Positions 1 through 12,283 of a stretch of DNA of 64,000 nt are shown here, piece by piece (the stretch's first letter is position 1; each line of letters begins with the position of its first letter). Origin of the DNA: an uncultured beta proteobacterium (lineage in GTDB: Bacteria > Pseudomonadota > Gammaproteobacteria > Burkholderiales > Burkholderiaceae_C); assembly GCA_963814385.1 (NCBI GenBank), contig CAWFCX010000050.1, forward strand, positions 123,891-187,890. The letters are read 5' to 3'. The notes under the pieces were generated by a model. It was not told the origin of the DNA and did no database searches. It saw nothing but the letters and a program-made list of their open reading frames with translations. Position numbers and translations under genes: made by a program.

Positions 1-730
1 GTACGAGATGTCGGCGCGGCTGCGTGGCTTGAAGTTTGTGGGTGTGCCGATGACGGCCAACTTCGAGTTGGATGAAGCGGCGATGCTGGCAGCCATCGAG
101 CAGGCCAAACCTGCGCTGACCTACATCGCCTACCCGAACAACCCGACGGGCAACCTGTTCGACGAGGCCATCGTGGAGAAGATCGTCGATGCCGTCGGCG
201 CGCAGGACGGCCTCGTCGTGTTCGACGAGGCCTATCAACCGTTTTCGTCGCGCACCTGGATGCCGAAACTCGCAATGCATGAGCATGTGCTGGTGCTGCG
301 CACCTTGTCGAAGTTCGGTCTGGCGGGCGTGCGCATGGGCTACCTCGTGGGCGCGGCGCCGCTGATCGAGCAGATCGACAAGGTCAGCCCGCCTTACAAC
401 ATCAGCGCGCTCAACGCGGCGGCGACGCTGTTCGCGCTCGAACATGCCGAGGTCTTTGCCGAACAGGCCACGGTGCTCAAGCGCGAGCGCCAGCGCCTGA
501 TGATCGCGCTGCGCGGCATGAGCGGCGTGACGGTGTTCCCGAGCGAAGCCAACATGATCCTCGTGCGCGTGCCCGATTCGAAGCGTGCCTTCGAGGGCCT
601 GAAGCAACGCAAGGTGCTGGTCAAGCACATCGCCGGCCTGCATCCGCTGCTCGCCAACTGCCTGCGCCTCACAGTCGGTGCGCCTGAAGAAAACACCTTG
701 ATGATCGACGCCTTGAAGGAATCGCTGTGA
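1..730 (+). CDS. hisC: histidinol-phosphate aminotransferase, C-terminal ~240 aa (5' end outside window)
   Basis: ORF 8..730 is open to the window edge. Aminotransferase motifs YPNNPTGN and [15 protein letters not shown] (PLP lysine). Directly upstream of hisB-hisH-hisA-hisF. Confidence 0.9.
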   Translation, partial: YEMSARLRGLKFVGVPMTANFELDEAAMLAAIEQAKPALTYIAYPNNPTGNLFDEAIVEKIVDAVGAQDGLVVFDEAYQPFSSRTWMPKLAMHEHVLVLRTLSKFGLAGVRMGYLVGAAPLIEQIDKVSPPYNISALNAAATLFALEHAEVFAEQATVLKRERQRLMIALRGMSGVTVFPSEANMILVRVPDSKRAFEGLKQRKVLVKHIAGLHPLLANCLRLTVGAPEENTLMIDALKESL

Positions 731-1323
731 TGGACCTCCGCATCGCCGAAGTGCAGCGCAACACCAAGGAGACGCAGATCCGCGTCAAGGTCAATCTCGA
801 CGGCACGGGAGTGGCCCGGCTGGCCACCGGCATCGGCTTTTTCGATCACATGCTCGACCAGATCGCGCGCCACGGCCTGATCGACTTGCAGATCGAGGCC
901 AGCGGCGATCTTCACATCGACGGCCACCACACGGTCGAAGACGTCGGCATCACGCTCGGCCAGGCCGTCGCCAAAGCCGTAGGCGACAAGGCCGGCCTCA
1001 CGCGCTACGGCCACGCCTATGTGCCGCTCGACGAAGCGCTGTCGCGCGTGGTTGTGGACTTCTCCGGCCGTCCTGGCTTGCACATGCGCGTGCCGTTCAA
1101 GAGCGGCATGGTCGGCGGTTTCGACACGCAGCTGGCTTACGAGTTTTTCCAAGGCTTTTCGAACCATGCCGGCGTGACGCTGCACATCGACAACCTGCAC
1201 GGCGACAACGCACACCACCAGTGCGAGACGGTGTTCAAGGCCTTCGGGCGCGCGGTGCGCATGGCGGTGGCGATCGATCCGCGAAGTGCGGGGGTGATTC
1301 CTAGTACGAAGGGATCGCTGTGA
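730..1323 (+). CDS. hisB: imidazoleglycerol-phosphate dehydratase
   Basis: ORF 727..1323. ATG at 730 overlaps the hisC stop (TGATG). Motifs [11 protein letters not shown] and [11 protein letters not shown]. Confidence 0.93.
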   Translation: MDLRIAEVQRNTKETQIRVKVNLDGTGVARLATGIGFFDHMLDQIARHGLIDLQIEASGDLHIDGHHTVEDVGITLGQAVAKAVGDKAGLTRYGHAYVPLDEALSRVVVDFSGRPGLHMRVPFKSGMVGGFDTQLAYEFFQGFSNHAGVTLHIDNLHGDNAHHQCETVFKAFGRAVRMAVAIDPRSAGVIPSTKGSL

Positions 1324-1328
1324 CCCAA

Positions 1329-1378
1329 CCGTTCGCTCTGAGCCTGTTGAAGGGCTTCGACAAGCTCAGCCCGAACGG
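1329..1378. repeat. REP-like imperfect palindrome in the hisB-hisH spacer
   Basis: Arms CCGTTCG/CGAACGG and TGAGC/GCTCA pair around GTTGAAG-GGC-TTCGAC. The antisense translation (..[15 protein letters not shown]) resembles a REP signature I associate with Burkholderiales genomes. Confidence 0.5.
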
Positions 1379-1393
1379 GTTTGGTGCGGGGCC

Positions 1394-2041
1394 ATGAGAA
1401 CCGTTGCCGTCATCGACTACGGCATGGGCAATCTGCGCTCGGTGTCGCAGGCGGTGGCCCATGTCGCGCAGATGGCCGACGACGTCAAGGTCATCGTCAC
1501 TGGCAACCCCGAGGAAGTGTTCCTGGCCGAACGCATCGTGCTGCCCGGTCAGGGTGCGATGCGAGATTGCATGCGCGAGTTGGCCGACTCGGGACTCAAA
1601 GACGCTGTGCAGGGCGCCCTGCGCACCAAGCCGGTGATGGGCGTGTGCGTCGGCATGCAGATGCTGCTCGATCACAGCGAGGAGCAGGACACCCCCGGGC
1701 TCGGCGTGATTCACGGTGAGGTGAAGCGCTTTCGCCTCGAAGGCCGAACACAACCCGACGGCAGCCGCTTCAAGGTGCCGCAGATGGGCTGGAACCGCGT
1801 GCAGCAGGCCGAGGCGCATCCGCTGTGGCACGGTATCGCCGACAACGCCTGGTTTTACTTCGTGCACAGTTTTTACGCCGAGCCTGCCGATGGCCGCCAC
1901 AGCGCGGGTATCACCGAGTACGGTACGCCCTTCACATCGGCCGTGGCGCGCGATAACATTTTTGCCACCCAGTTCCACCCCGAGAAAAGCGCTGACGACG
2001 GTTTGATGCTGTATCGCAACTTCCTCACCTGGAAGCCCTAA
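1394..2041 (+). CDS. hisH: imidazole glycerol phosphate synthase, glutamine amidotransferase subunit
   Basis: 215-aa ORF. Class-I GATase motifs [15 protein letters not shown] (nucleophile Cys) and QFHPEKS. Confidence 0.93.
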   Translation: MRTVAVIDYGMGNLRSVSQAVAHVAQMADDVKVIVTGNPEEVFLAERIVLPGQGAMRDCMRELADSGLKDAVQGALRTKPVMGVCVGMQMLLDHSEEQDTPGLGVIHGEVKRFRLEGRTQPDGSRFKVPQMGWNRVQQAEAHPLWHGIADNAWFYFVHSFYAEPADGRHSAGITEYGTPFTSAVARDNIFATQFHPEKSADDGLMLYRNFLTWKP

Positions 2042-2059
2042 CGCTTTTTTCCCCACCCC

Positions 2060-2809
2060 ATGCTGCTGATCCCTGCCATCGACTTGAAGGACGGTCATTG
2101 CGTGCGCCTCGAAAAAGGCGACATGGCCAAGTCCACCACCTTCGGCGAAGACCCGGCCGCGATGGCGCGGCGCTGGCTTGATGCCGGCGCGCGGCGCTTG
2201 CACCTGGTCGATCTCAACGGCGCGTTCGCCGGCAAGCCGGTCAATGAGGACGCGGTCAAGGCGATCCTGCGCGAAGTGGACGGCGAGATTCCGGTGCAAC
2301 TCGGTGGCGGCATCCGCGATCTCGACACGATCGAGCGCTACCTCGATGACGGCATCAGCTATGTCGTCATCGGCACCGCGGCGGTGAAGAACCCGGGCTT
2401 TGTCAGAGACGCGTGCACGGCGTTCGGCGGCCACATCATCGTCGGCCTCGACGCCAAGAACGGCAAGGTCGCCACCGACGGCTGGAGCAAGCTCACGGGC
2501 CATGAGGTGGCGGACCTGGCCAAGAAGTTCGAGGACTACGGCGTCGAAGGTGTGATCTACACCGACATCGGCCGCGACGGCATGCTGACCGGCATCAACA
2601 TCGACGCGACTGTGCGTTTGGCGCAGGCGGTGACGATGCCCGTGTTCGCCTCAGGCGGCCTGGCAGGACTGCCAGACATCGACAAGCTGTGCGCGATCGA
2701 GAGCGAAGGCGTCGAGGGCGTGATCTGCGGGCGTGCGATCTACAACGGCGCGCTCGATTTCGTGGCGGCGCAGAAGCGGGCGGATGAACTCAATGGCGAG
2801 AGCATGTAG
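2060..2809 (+). CDS. hisA: 1-(5-phosphoribosyl)-5-[(5-phosphoribosylamino)methylideneamino]imidazole-4-carboxamide isomerase
   Basis: 249-aa ORF. Motifs [16 protein letters not shown] and GGGIRD. Sits between hisH and hisF. Confidence 0.93.
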   Translation: MLLIPAIDLKDGHCVRLEKGDMAKSTTFGEDPAAMARRWLDAGARRLHLVDLNGAFAGKPVNEDAVKAILREVDGEIPVQLGGGIRDLDTIERYLDDGISYVVIGTAAVKNPGFVRDACTAFGGHIIVGLDAKNGKVATDGWSKLTGHEVADLAKKFEDYGVEGVIYTDIGRDGMLTGINIDATVRLAQAVTMPVFASGGLAGLPDIDKLCAIESEGVEGVICGRAIYNGALDFVAAQKRADELNGESM

Positions 2810-3567
2810 TGCTCGCCAAACGCATCATTCCCTGCCTGGACGTGACCGGCGGCCGCGTCGTCAAGGGCATCAATTTTATCGAGCTGCGCGATGCCGGTGA
2901 CCCGGTGGAAATCGCCGCGCGCTACAACGAGCAGGGCGCCGACGAGCTGACCTTTCTCGACATCACCGCCACCAGCGACGGCCGCGACCTGATCCTGCCG
3001 ATCATCGAAGCGGTGGCTTCGCAGGTCTTCATTCCACTGACGGTCGGTGGCGGCGTGCGCACCGTGGCCGATGTGCGGCGGCTGCTCAATGCCGGCGCCG
3101 ACAAGGTCAGCTTCAACTCGGCAGCGGTGGCCGACCCCGATGTGATCGGCGCGGCGAGCGACAAATACGGTGCGCAGTGCATCGTCGTTGCCATTGACGC
3201 CAAGAAGCATGTCGATGGCGGCTGGCATGTCTACACGCACGGCGGGCGCAAAGACACCGGGCTCGATGCCGTCGAATGGGCAAAGCGTGTCGCCGCGCTC
3301 GGCGCTGGCGAAATCCTGCTGACGAGCATGGACCGCGACGGCACGAAGATCGGCTTCGATTTGGAACTCACGCGCGCCGTGGCCGATGCGGTCAGCGTGC
3401 CGGTCATCGCCTCGGGTGGCGTTGGATCGCTCGAACACTTGGCGGATGGCATCACGAAGGGCGGCGCCGACGCGGTGCTTGCGGCGAGCATCTTCCACTA
3501 CGGGCAGCACACAGTCGGTGAAGCCAAAGCGCTGATGGCGTCGCGCGGCATTCCCGTTCGCAATTGA
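2809..3567 (+). CDS. hisF: imidazole glycerol phosphate synthase, cyclase subunit
   Basis: 252-aa ORF. GTG start overlaps the hisA TAG by 1 nt. Motifs [18 protein letters not shown] and GGGVR. Confidence 0.93.
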   Translation: MLAKRIIPCLDVTGGRVVKGINFIELRDAGDPVEIAARYNEQGADELTFLDITATSDGRDLILPIIEAVASQVFIPLTVGGGVRTVADVRRLLNAGADKVSFNSAAVADPDVIGAASDKYGAQCIVVAIDAKKHVDGGWHVYTHGGRKDTGLDAVEWAKRVAALGAGEILLTSMDRDGTKIGFDLELTRAVADAVSVPVIASGGVGSLEHLADGITKGGADAVLAASIFHYGQHTVGEAKALMASRGIPVRN

Positions 3568-3643
3568 TGAAGCGCCTGAGCTCGCTGTTGCTTGCTGCCC
3601 CCCGAGCGGGCGCTCAGCAGCTTCGGACGCCCGAGCGCCACTG

Positions 3644-4200
3644 ATGCTGAAGAACGAAGTCCGCCTGATCGGTGGACAGTGGAAGCGAACCAAACTGCCG
3701 GTGGCCGACCGGCCCGGCCTGCGTCCGACGCCCGACCGCGTGCGCGAAACGCTGTTCAACTGGCTCGGTCAAGACCTCACAGGCTGGCGCGTGCTCGATG
3801 CGTTCGCAGGCAGCGGCGCGCTCGGCTTCGAAGCAGCGTCGCGGGGCGCCGGCGAGGTGGTGCTGCTTGAGCGCGATGCGGTGCTCGCACGGTCTCTGAT
3901 CGCGTCGAAGGCCCGATTGAACGCTGACACGCTGCAGGTTCACGCCACCGATGCACTGGCGTGGATGGCCAGTGCCGCGCAGGGCCGCTTCGACCTCGTC
4001 CTGCTCGACCCGCCGTTCGACGCCGGCTTGCACGCGCAGGCGGCCGATCTGGGGCAAAAGCTGCTCAAGCCGGGTGGCTGGTTGTACGTGGAGTCGGGAG
4101 ACGCTTTGGAGCCGCCGCCGGGATTCGAGCCGCATCGCCAACTTCAAGGCCGGCGCGGTGCACGCCCACCTCTGGCGCCGCGCCGACCTAAACTGCGCGC

Positions 4201-4204
<4 letters not shown>
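3644..4204 (+). CDS. rsmD: 16S rRNA (guanine966-N2)-methyltransferase RsmD; the 3' end appears frameshifted (see findings)
   Basis: Motifs [47 protein letters not shown] and LLDPPF. The expected C-terminal strand ([12 protein letters not shown]) is encoded in the +1 frame at 4143..4181. Confidence 0.85.
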
Positions 4205-5351
<1,147 letters not shown>

Positions 5352-5352
<1 letters not shown>

Positions 5353-5996
5353 CACGAACTGTTTCCCTCCTCGGGTGGCGCGGGTGACTGGGCCGGTTTG
5401 GGCGGCTTTGGCCGCTCCGGTTTGTCGGCATGCACCTTCATCATCGCCTTTGTCATGTCGCCCGCCAACACCAAGTCGAGGGATTCGAGCGAGCGTTCGA
5501 TGGCCTGCTCGATCCCGGTGCGGTGCTCGGGCGACGGTTTTTTCAGCACGTAGTTCGGCACTTCGGTCTTGACCCCCGGGTGGCCGATGCCCAGGCGCAG
5601 CCGCCAGAAATCCTGCGTGCCGAGCTGCGCGTGGATGTCCTTCAAGCCGTTGTGCCCGGCGGCGCTGCCGCCGAGCTTCAACTTGGCCTGGCCTGGTTGC
5701 AGGTCGAGTTCGTCGTGCGCCACCAGAATCTCGGCCGGCGAGATCTTGAAGAAGCGCGCCAGTGCGGCCACTGACTTGCCAGACAGGTTCATGAACGTCA
5801 TCGGTTCGAGCAGCCATAGCGGCTCGCCCCCCGCTCGATTGATCCTCGCCACGAGACCGTGGTAGTTGCGCTCAGGCACGAGCGACGCACGCAGCTTCGA
5901 TGCCACCGCATCGATCCACCAGAACCCGGCGTTGTGCCGCGTGTGTTCGTATTCAGGGCCGGGGTTGCCCAGGCCCACGAGCAGTCGAATGGTCAT
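5352..5996 (-). CDS. pth: peptidyl-tRNA hydrolase
   Basis: ATG at 5996 ([25 protein letters not shown]) inside ORF 5352..6362. Pro/Lys-rich C-terminal extension. Confidence 0.92.
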
Positions 5997-6017
5997 GGGC
6001 GACGATGATAGGGTGCA

Positions 6018-6047
6018 GAAAAAAGAAGGCCCCGCAGTGCGGGGCCT
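6018..6047 (-). terminator. rho-independent terminator/attenuator between rplY and pth
   Basis: On the minus strand, GGCCCCGC-ACT-GCGGGGCC is followed by TTCTTTTTT. Confidence 0.7.
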
Positions 6048-6070
6048 CGGAGGATTGCAAGCCTCGCGGC

Positions 6071-6718
6071 TTACTTCTTGTTCTGACGTTCGTCTTTCTT
6101 CTTCTTGGCTGGCGCGGCAGCCGCCACCACCGGAGCGGCGGCCGCGGCTTCTTCGACTTCTTCCTTCGGCATCGTCACGGCCACGATCACCGGATCGATC
6201 TTGCCGTGGCGCACCCACTTGATGCCATCGGGCAGCGTCAACTCGCTGGCCTTCAGGCTCTGGTTCTTGACCAGGCCCGACAGGTCGATGGCGATGAACT
6301 CCGGCAGCTTGGCGGCCAGGCATTCGATCTCGATGTCGGTCGTGACGTGGCTGACCAGGCACTTGTCCGTCTTCACCGCTGCCGAGTTTTCTTCGCCGGA
6401 GAAGTGCAGCGGAATCTTCTTGTGCACGCGCGTCGTTTCATCGACGCGCTGGAAGTCGATGTGCAGCACGTTTTGCTTCCACGGGTGCATCTGGAAGTCG
6501 CGCAACAGCACCTTCTGCACCTTGCCGCCGATGTCCATCTCGAGCAGCGAAGCGTGGAAAGCTTCTTTCTTCAATGCGAAGTACAGCGCGTTGTGATCCA
6601 GCTCGATGAGCTTGGGCTCACCGCCGCCGTACACGATACCGGGCACCTTGTCGGTCTTGCGCAGGCGGCGGCTCGCTCCGGTCCCCTGCAGGGTGCGTTC
6701 GTAGGCTACGAACTTCAT
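6071..6718 (-). CDS. rplY: 50S ribosomal protein L25 (Ctc form)
   Basis: ATG at 6718 ([29 protein letters not shown]) with an Ala/Lys-rich C-terminal tail. Conserved prs-rplY-pth order. Confidence 0.92.
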   Translation of the reverse strand: MKFVAYERTLQGTGASRRLRKTDKVPGIVYGGGEPKLIELDHNALYFALKKEAFHASLLEMDIGGKVQKVLLRDFQMHPWKQNVLHIDFQRVDETTRVHKKIPLHFSGEENSAAVKTDKCLVSHVTTDIEIECLAAKLPEFIAIDLSGLVKNQSLKASELTLPDGIKWVRHGKIDPVIVAVTMPKEEVEEAAAAAPVVAAAAPAKKKKDERQNKK

Positions 6719-6839
6719 GGTTTCATCCCTTTCTGTGTTGTGGATGTCGGGGCCCGCGACCAGGATCCCCTGTTGAATTGCAGGCTGCAAAGCCTGCGCT
6801 GGTGGGCAGGGTGCCGAAGGCATCCCGCTTTCGTTCTAC

Positions 6840-7802
6840 TCAAAAATTGTTGTTCTGCTCTGCGAAGAGCGAGGTGACGGACTCGCCGTCGGTGATGCGG
6901 CGAATCGTCTCGGCAAACAAAAACGCCACGCTCAGCTGGCGAATCTTCTTGTTGGCCTGGGCGGCGTCGTTCATCGGAATCGTGTTGGTGATCACCACCT
7001 CGTCGAGCTGTGACTTGCCAATGCGATCGATCGCCGCACCGGAGAACACGGCATGCGTGCAATACGCATAGACGCGCTTGGCGCCGCGCTCCTTCAACAC
7101 CTCGGCGGCTTTGACCAGTGTGCCGGCGGTGTCGATCATGTCGTCCATGATCACGCAGTTGCGGCCGTCGATCTCGCCGATGACGTGCATCACTTCGGAG
7201 ACGTTGGCGGTGGGCCGGCGCTTGTCGATGATGGCCAGGTCGCAGCCGAGCTGCTTGGCCAGGGCGCGCGCGCGCACCACGCCGCCGACGTCGGGCGAGA
7301 CCACCACCAAATCCTTGTAGTTCTTGCTCTTCAGGTCGGCGAGCAGCACGGGGCTGGCGTAGATGTTGTCCACCGGGATGTCGAAGAAGCCCTGGATCTG
7401 GTCGGCGTGCAGGTCCATCGTCAGCACGCGCTCGACGCCCACGGTCTCCAGCAGGTTGGCCACAACCTTGGCGCTGATCGGCACGCGGGTGCTGCGCGAG
7501 CGGCGGTCCTGCCGCGCATAGCCGAAGTACGGGATCACGGCGGTGATGCGGCGCGCGCTGGCGCGCTTCAACGCATCGACCATGATCAGCAACTCCATCA
7601 GGTGCTCGTTGGTCGGCGCGCAGGTGGACTGGACGACGAAGACATCGCGCGCGCGCACGTTCTGGTAGATCTCGATGTCGGCTTCGCCGTCGGAGAAGTG
7701 GCCCACCTTGGCCCGGCCGAGTTCTACACCCAGGCTCGACGAAATCTCCTGCGCCAGGCCTCGGTTGGCATTGCCGGTGAACAGCACGGTGTTGAACAGC
7801 AC
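6840..7802 (-). CDS. prs: ribose-phosphate pyrophosphokinase
   Basis: 320-aa ORF. Motifs [10 protein letters not shown] and [14 protein letters not shown]. Confidence 0.95.
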   Translation of the reverse strand: MLFNTVLFTGNANRGLAQEISSSLGVELGRAKVGHFSDGEADIEIYQNVRARDVFVVQSTCAPTNEHLMELLIMVDALKRASARRITAVIPYFGYARQDRRSRSTRVPISAKVVANLLETVGVERVLTMDLHADQIQGFFDIPVDNIYASPVLLADLKSKNYKDLVVVSPDVGGVVRARALAKQLGCDLAIIDKRRPTANVSEVMHVIGEIDGRNCVIMDDMIDTAGTLVKAAEVLKERGAKRVYAYCTHAVFSGAAIDRIGKSQLDEVVITNTIPMNDAAQANKKIRQLSVAFLFAETIRRITDGESVTSLFAEQNNNF

Positions 7803-7850
7803 GGCGAAGGCTCTACGGTGAGGCGTGAGGACGGAAGCGGCAAAAAGACT

Positions 7851-7927
7851 TGGCAGGGGAGGAAGGACTCGAACCCTCGCATGTCGGAATCAAAATCCGA
7901 TGCCTTGACCAACTTGGCGACTCCCCT
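7851..7927 (-). tRNA. tRNA-Gln (anticodon UUG)
   Basis: Minus-strand 77 nt: AGGGGAG..anticodon arm TCGGA-TTTTGAT-TCCGA..T arm GAGGG-TTCGAGT-CCTTC..CTCCCCT-G-CCA. The cloverleaf folds by hand. Confidence 0.9.
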
Positions 7928-7968
7928 ACACAGGACCGAGGCTTTCACCTCGACCCTTGAAAACCGTT

Positions 7969-8853
7969 TCAGCCGGCCCAGTCCAACAAGGGATGCTGCG
8001 CCAAGCTGCGGCACATCCGGCCCACCCAGCCCACAGGAAGCGAGTCTTCCTGTGGCCATGTCACCAAGGGTCGGTCGTCCATGCCGTTCCTCGCAAACAC
8101 CGCGCTGCCCGATCCACTCATCCGGCTGTTGCCGAACTGCTTTTGCAGCCTCTCAGCGGCCTGGGCCACTTCGGGGCAGCGGTCTTCAGCGGGCGGTTGA
8201 AGGTCGTTTCGACCCCAACTGGTGCGCCAAAAACCCGGTTGCGTTGCCTCTGCGAGAAAGCCCGCGAGTATAGCCGAGGGTGTATCGCGGACCAACGCCG
8301 GGTGCATGAAAACGTCAGCCGTGGCCAGGCCTGCGGCCGGTTTGAGGAGGGCCAGCCATTGGCGCGGCACGTCGATCGGTGTCAGGCGCTCGCCGGTGCC
8401 TTCGACAAAGGCGTTGCGGCCACCGACAAAGAACGGCACATCGGCACCGAGCTTTTGCGCCAGCGGCAGGAGCCGCGCGCGCGGCCAGTCCAAGGTCCAG
8501 AGACGGTTCAGCGCCAGTAGCGTGCTGGCAGCATCGGAGCTGCCGCCACCCAGCCCGGCAGCCCACGGCACCTGCTTGTCGATCGAGATGTCGGCCCCAA
8601 GCCGGCAGCCGCTTTCGGCCTGCAAAAGGCGTGCGGCTTTGAGTGTCAGGTCATCGGCCGGCAACACGGCGCCGAGGTCATGGCGGTACAAGGCGCCGTC
8701 GGCCCTTCGCTCGAAATGCAGCGTGTCGGCCCAATCGATCAACACGAAGACCGATTGCAGCAGGTGCAAGCCATCCGCGCGGCGGCCGACAACATGCAGG
8801 AACCAGTTGATCTTGGCCGGCGCGGGCACGTCATACAGCGCGGCCAGGCTCAT
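7969..8853 (-). CDS. ispE: 4-diphosphocytidyl-2-C-methyl-D-erythritol kinase
   Basis: 294-aa ORF. Motifs PAKINWFLHV and VPWAAGLGGGSSDAA (GHMP kinase motif). Confidence 0.93.
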   Translation of the reverse strand: MSLAALYDVPAPAKINWFLHVVGRRADGLHLLQSVFVLIDWADTLHFERRADGALYRHDLGAVLPADDLTLKAARLLQAESGCRLGADISIDKQVPWAAGLGGGSSDAASTLLALNRLWTLDWPRARLLPLAQKLGADVPFFVGGRNAFVEGTGERLTPIDVPRQWLALLKPAAGLATADVFMHPALVRDTPSAILAGFLAEATQPGFWRTSWGRNDLQPPAEDRCPEVAQAAERLQKQFGNSRMSGSGSAVFARNGMDDRPLVTWPQEDSLPVGWVGRMCRSLAQHPLLDWAG

Positions 8854-8911
8854 CAGGCAACCTCCGTGCTTCGCACTGCGGTCAATTCGCCCTTCGGGCG
8901 GCCGGGCGTGC

Positions 8912-9430
8912 TCATGCCGGTATTTCCAATCGAGCCCGCACGCTCACAGCCGGCGCACGCTCGCGGGTGGCGTGCAAGAGACCCTCGGCAAACCCGCCGA
9001 GGTCAACACGCCATCCCAGTTGGTCAAAACCATCCGCGCGCTTGACGCTCGGGGCGCCTGACCAGGGCCGGCCGCGCAGCCAGTCGATCAGCGCCACCAG
9101 GGGCAGCGACTCGCCGAACAAGTCTTGCGCCATGTCGTCGAGCGTGTCGTAGGCGCGCGCGCCTTGTGCGCCGGCGATCTCAGCGCTTCCGGGCTGCCAG
9201 CGCACTTCGGCCAGCGTGGCGCCAAGCGGGCCGGTCAGTCGCAGCGTGCCGCGGTCGGCATTGCCGCGCAGATCGAAGTCGGCGCTGAAACTCTTGGGTG
9301 GCGTTTGCGGCGAGGCCTCGACGCGAACAGCCAAGCGGCCGGCGAGGTCGGCGGGGCTCGGCTGCGGGACGAGGTTCGCGCAGCCGCCGAGCGCCGCAGT
9401 GGCCGCAACCAGCAGCTTTCGCCGCTTCAC
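8912..9430 (-). CDS. lolB: outer-membrane lipoprotein LolB
   Basis: GTG at 9430 (VKRRKLLVAATAALGGCAN lipobox) overlaps the stop of the TPR gene (GTGA). Conserved position upstream of ispE. Confidence 0.75.
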   Translation of the reverse strand: MKRRKLLVAATAALGGCANLVPQPSPADLAGRLAVRVEASPQTPPKSFSADFDLRGNADRGTLRLTGPLGATLAEVRWQPGSAEIAGAQGARAYDTLDDMAQDLFGESLPLVALIDWLRGRPWSGAPSVKRADGFDQLGWRVDLGGFAEGLLHATRERAPAVSVRARLEIPA

Positions 9431-11169
9431 AGCTTGACTTGCAGTCGCGCCAGCGTTTCGCGCAGCACCTCGTTGTCGGCGTCGCGTGCGCGGCCTTCGC
9501 GCCAGACGCGCCGGGCTTCGTCGCGCTGGCCAGCGGCCCACAGCACTTCGCCCAGGTGTGCAGCAATCTCGGTGTCGGGCCGCGAGGCATAGGCGCGCTT
9601 CAAGTGCAGCAAGGCTTGCGTGTTGTTGCCCAGGCGGAATTCGACCCAGCCCAGGCTGTCGGCGATGAACGGGTCGTTGGGCGCGAGCTCGACCGCCTTG
9701 GCGATCAGGTCGCGCGCTTCTGGTAGGCGCTGGTTGCGCTCGGCCAGCGAATAGCCGAGTGCGTTGTAGGCGTGTTGGTGATCTGGCTTGAGTTCGATCA
9801 CACGGCGCAACACGCGCTCCATCTCGTCCATGCGCAAGAGTTTTTCGGCCACCATGGCCTGTTCGTAGAGCAGGTCGATGTCGCTCGGGAAGCGGTCGTT
9901 GGCGCTGACGAGCACGGCGTGCGCATCGGGCCAGCGCTTGACCTCGCGCAGCACCTGGCTTTCGGCGATCAGCTTGGCGCGGGCGTCTTCGGGCTTGCGT
10001 TCCGGCACCTGCTGCACCAGCGCGCGCGCCTCCTTGAATTTGCCTTGTTTGGCCAGCAGCGTGGCGCGGCGGGTCTGCACTTCGAGCGCGCGTTGCGGGT
10101 CGTCGATCTTGTCGAGCCAGCCTGCCGCCGCCTTGCCGTCGCCGCGCAACTCAGCCGCTTGGGCGAGCATCAGCCAGGCCTGCGTGCGTCCGCCTTCGGC
10201 GAAAGTGTCCGGCTCTTCGTCATCGTCACTGGCCGCGGCGGCCTGCTCGGGCTGCGCCGCACCGAGCTGCAAGTAGCGTTGCAGCGATGCATCGGCGTCC
10301 TTCGATTGGCGCAGTTCGAGTTGCAGGGCGCCGAGCGTCAGCCAGTAACCCGCTTGTGCGGGTTGATCCCGCGTCAGCATGCGCATTTGCGATTCGGCAT
10401 CGACCAAGCGCTGCGCGGCGCTCAGCGCGCGCACATACCCCAGGCGCACGTTGGCTTCGGCCTTCGGTTGCGCGAGGTAGCTGATGATGATTTTCTCGGC
10501 CGCGGGTTGACTGGCCAGCAGTTCGAGCGCCAGAAACACCGGTCCTGCTGCGCCACTGTCGTCGGCTTGCGCACGCTCGGCCAGGCCCAGCGCGCGTGGG
10601 GCGTCGCCGGCTTGCAGCCACAAGCGCGCACTGGCCACGCGGGCTGCGGTACGTGTGGCAGGCGCGTCGGCGTAGGGTTTCAACACCTCGTCCATCTGCA
10701 CAGCCAGACCGCGCTTGTCGGCAACCCGCTGTGTCATTCTTGGCAGGGCTGCGAGAGCGCTGCTGCGCTCGGCTTCGGGCGTGCGGGTGAGCAGCAGCCG
10801 CAGCGGCTCGGCGAGTTCGCTGCCGCGGTTCTGCACCGCGAGAATCTGCAACTCGAAGCGCAGCGCGTCGAGCGACTCGGGCAGTGCCAGGCGCCAGGCG
10901 CGCGCCGAGGCCAAAGCCTGATCCGCCGAACGCGCTTGCAGCGCCACCTCCACCGAACGTCGGAACAGCGCCTCGTCGCGCGTGCGCCGCGCCACGTCGA
11001 GGAACTTGGCTTGTGCAGCGGCTGGATCGCCATCGCGCAAATCGAGTTCTCCGAGCAGCAGCTGATAGAACAGCGGCGCGTCGAGCGCGGAAGCTGCCGG
11101 CGTTTGCGCGGCGGCGCCGTTGGCGACCACCAGCGCAGCGGCAAGCACGAGAGACAGGCGTGACTTCAT
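9427..11169 (-). CDS. periplasmic tetratricopeptide-repeat protein
   Basis: ATG at 11169 (MKSRLSLVLAAALVVANGAAAQ signal peptide). Repeated TPR-like helices. Conserved partner of lolB-ispE. Confidence 0.75.
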   Translation of the reverse strand: MKSRLSLVLAAALVVANGAAAQTPAASALDAPLFYQLLLGELDLRDGDPAAAQAKFLDVARRTRDEALFRRSVEVALQARSADQALASARAWRLALPESLDALRFELQILAVQNRGSELAEPLRLLLTRTPEAERSSALAALPRMTQRVADKRGLAVQMDEVLKPYADAPATRTAARVASARLWLQAGDAPRALGLAERAQADDSGAAGPVFLALELLASQPAAEKIIISYLAQPKAEANVRLGYVRALSAAQRLVDAESQMRMLTRDQPAQAGYWLTLGALQLELRQSKDADASLQRYLQLGAAQPEQAAAASDDDEEPDTFAEGGRTQAWLMLAQAAELRGDGKAAAGWLDKIDDPQRALEVQTRRATLLAKQGKFKEARALVQQVPERKPEDARAKLIAESQVLREVKRWPDAHAVLVSANDRFPSDIDLLYEQAMVAEKLLRMDEMERVLRRVIELKPDHQHAYNALGYSLAERNQRLPEARDLIAKAVELAPNDPFIADSLGWVEFRLGNNTQALLHLKRAYASRPDTEIAAHLGEVLWAAGQRDEARRVWREGRARDADNEVLRETLARLQVKL

Positions 11170-11250
11170 GGTCTGGTCCATTCTAGGCATTGGGTAGGAC
11201 GCTGACGCAGCGCGATCGTTCACACCGAACAGGCCTTCTATGATTTGTTC

Positions 11251-12081
11251 ATGCCCGAGCTGCCCGAAGTTGAAACCACCCGTCGCAGCTTTGCCGGGCG
11301 CATCGACCGTGCCACGGTGGTTTCGGCGCGGCTCGGCGCCGCATTGCGCTGGCCGCTGGGCTGCACGACAGGGTCGCTGATCGGCTGCACGGTTGGCCAG
11401 ACCGAGCGCCGTGGCAAGTACCTTTGGTTGCCGTTATCGCGCGGTGGCGAGACGGCCGGCGGGCTGTTGATGCACCTGGGCATGTCGGGTTCGCTGGCGT
11501 TTCGCGAATCTGCGTTGCCGCCGGGCAAACACGATCACTTCGATCTGCTCACCACCCACGGACTGTTGCGGCTGACCGACCCGCGCCGCTTCGGCGCCGT
11601 GGTCTGGTCCCCGGCGATCGATCAGCCTCCGGCGGCTGTGTTGCTGGCCAAGCTCGGCGTGGAGCCTTTCGACAACTCGCTGACTCCGCAGTTGTTTCAC
11701 GCTGCCCTGCAACGGCGCCGCGGGCCCATCAAGGCGGCGCTGCTGGGCGGCAGCATCATCGTTGGTGCCGGCAACATTTACGCGTGCGAAGCGCTGTTCG
11801 CGGCCGGCATCGACCCGCGCACGCGGTGCGACCGCATCAGCCGACCGCGCGCCGCGCGCCTGCTCACCAGCGTGCGCGACACGCTGGCCCAGGCGCTGGC
11901 GCTTGGCGGCTCGACGCTGCGCGACTTTCGCGATTCGCATGGCATGGACGGCGCGTACCAGAACCAGTCGCGCGTCTATGGCCGACAGGGGCTACCCTGC
12001 CCAAAGTGCGGCGCGGCGGTGCTGCGGGTGGTTCAGGGCCAACGCTCCACCTTCTTTTGCAGGCATTGCCAGAAGCGCTGA
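11251..12081 (+). CDS. mutM: formamidopyrimidine-DNA glycosylase
   Basis: MPELPEVE N-terminus (catalytic Pro2). C-terminal zinc finger CPKCGAAV..FFCRHCQ. Confidence 0.95.
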   Translation: MPELPEVETTRRSFAGRIDRATVVSARLGAALRWPLGCTTGSLIGCTVGQTERRGKYLWLPLSRGGETAGGLLMHLGMSGSLAFRESALPPGKHDHFDLLTTHGLLRLTDPRRFGAVVWSPAIDQPPAAVLLAKLGVEPFDNSLTPQLFHAALQRRRGPIKAALLGGSIIVGAGNIYACEALFAAGIDPRTRCDRISRPRAARLLTSVRDTLAQALALGGSTLRDFRDSHGMDGAYQNQSRVYGRQGLPCPKCGAAVLRVVQGQRSTFFCRHCQKR

Positions 12082-12283
12082 ATTGTCAGCCCCTCGCTTG
12101 CTCTGCTCGAGCGCGCCCGAAGGCAGGTTCAGGCCTACCCTTAAGAGGGGCTTGGCGCTAGATCGAGGACGTGAAAAGTGCGACAAATCGCACATGCCGC
12201 GACAGCGGTCGGTCAGGAGTTGTTTCGGTTGCTGCCAGGGCAAAAACCTTCCGCTAGCATGGCTCGAACCCCGAAAAAGAGCC

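Noticed and set aside
3568-3643. hisI/hisE are absent after hisF; rsmD follows instead
   Set aside because: Gene order of the distal his genes varies between lineages, and the missing genes may simply lie elsewhere. This cannot be judged from one window.
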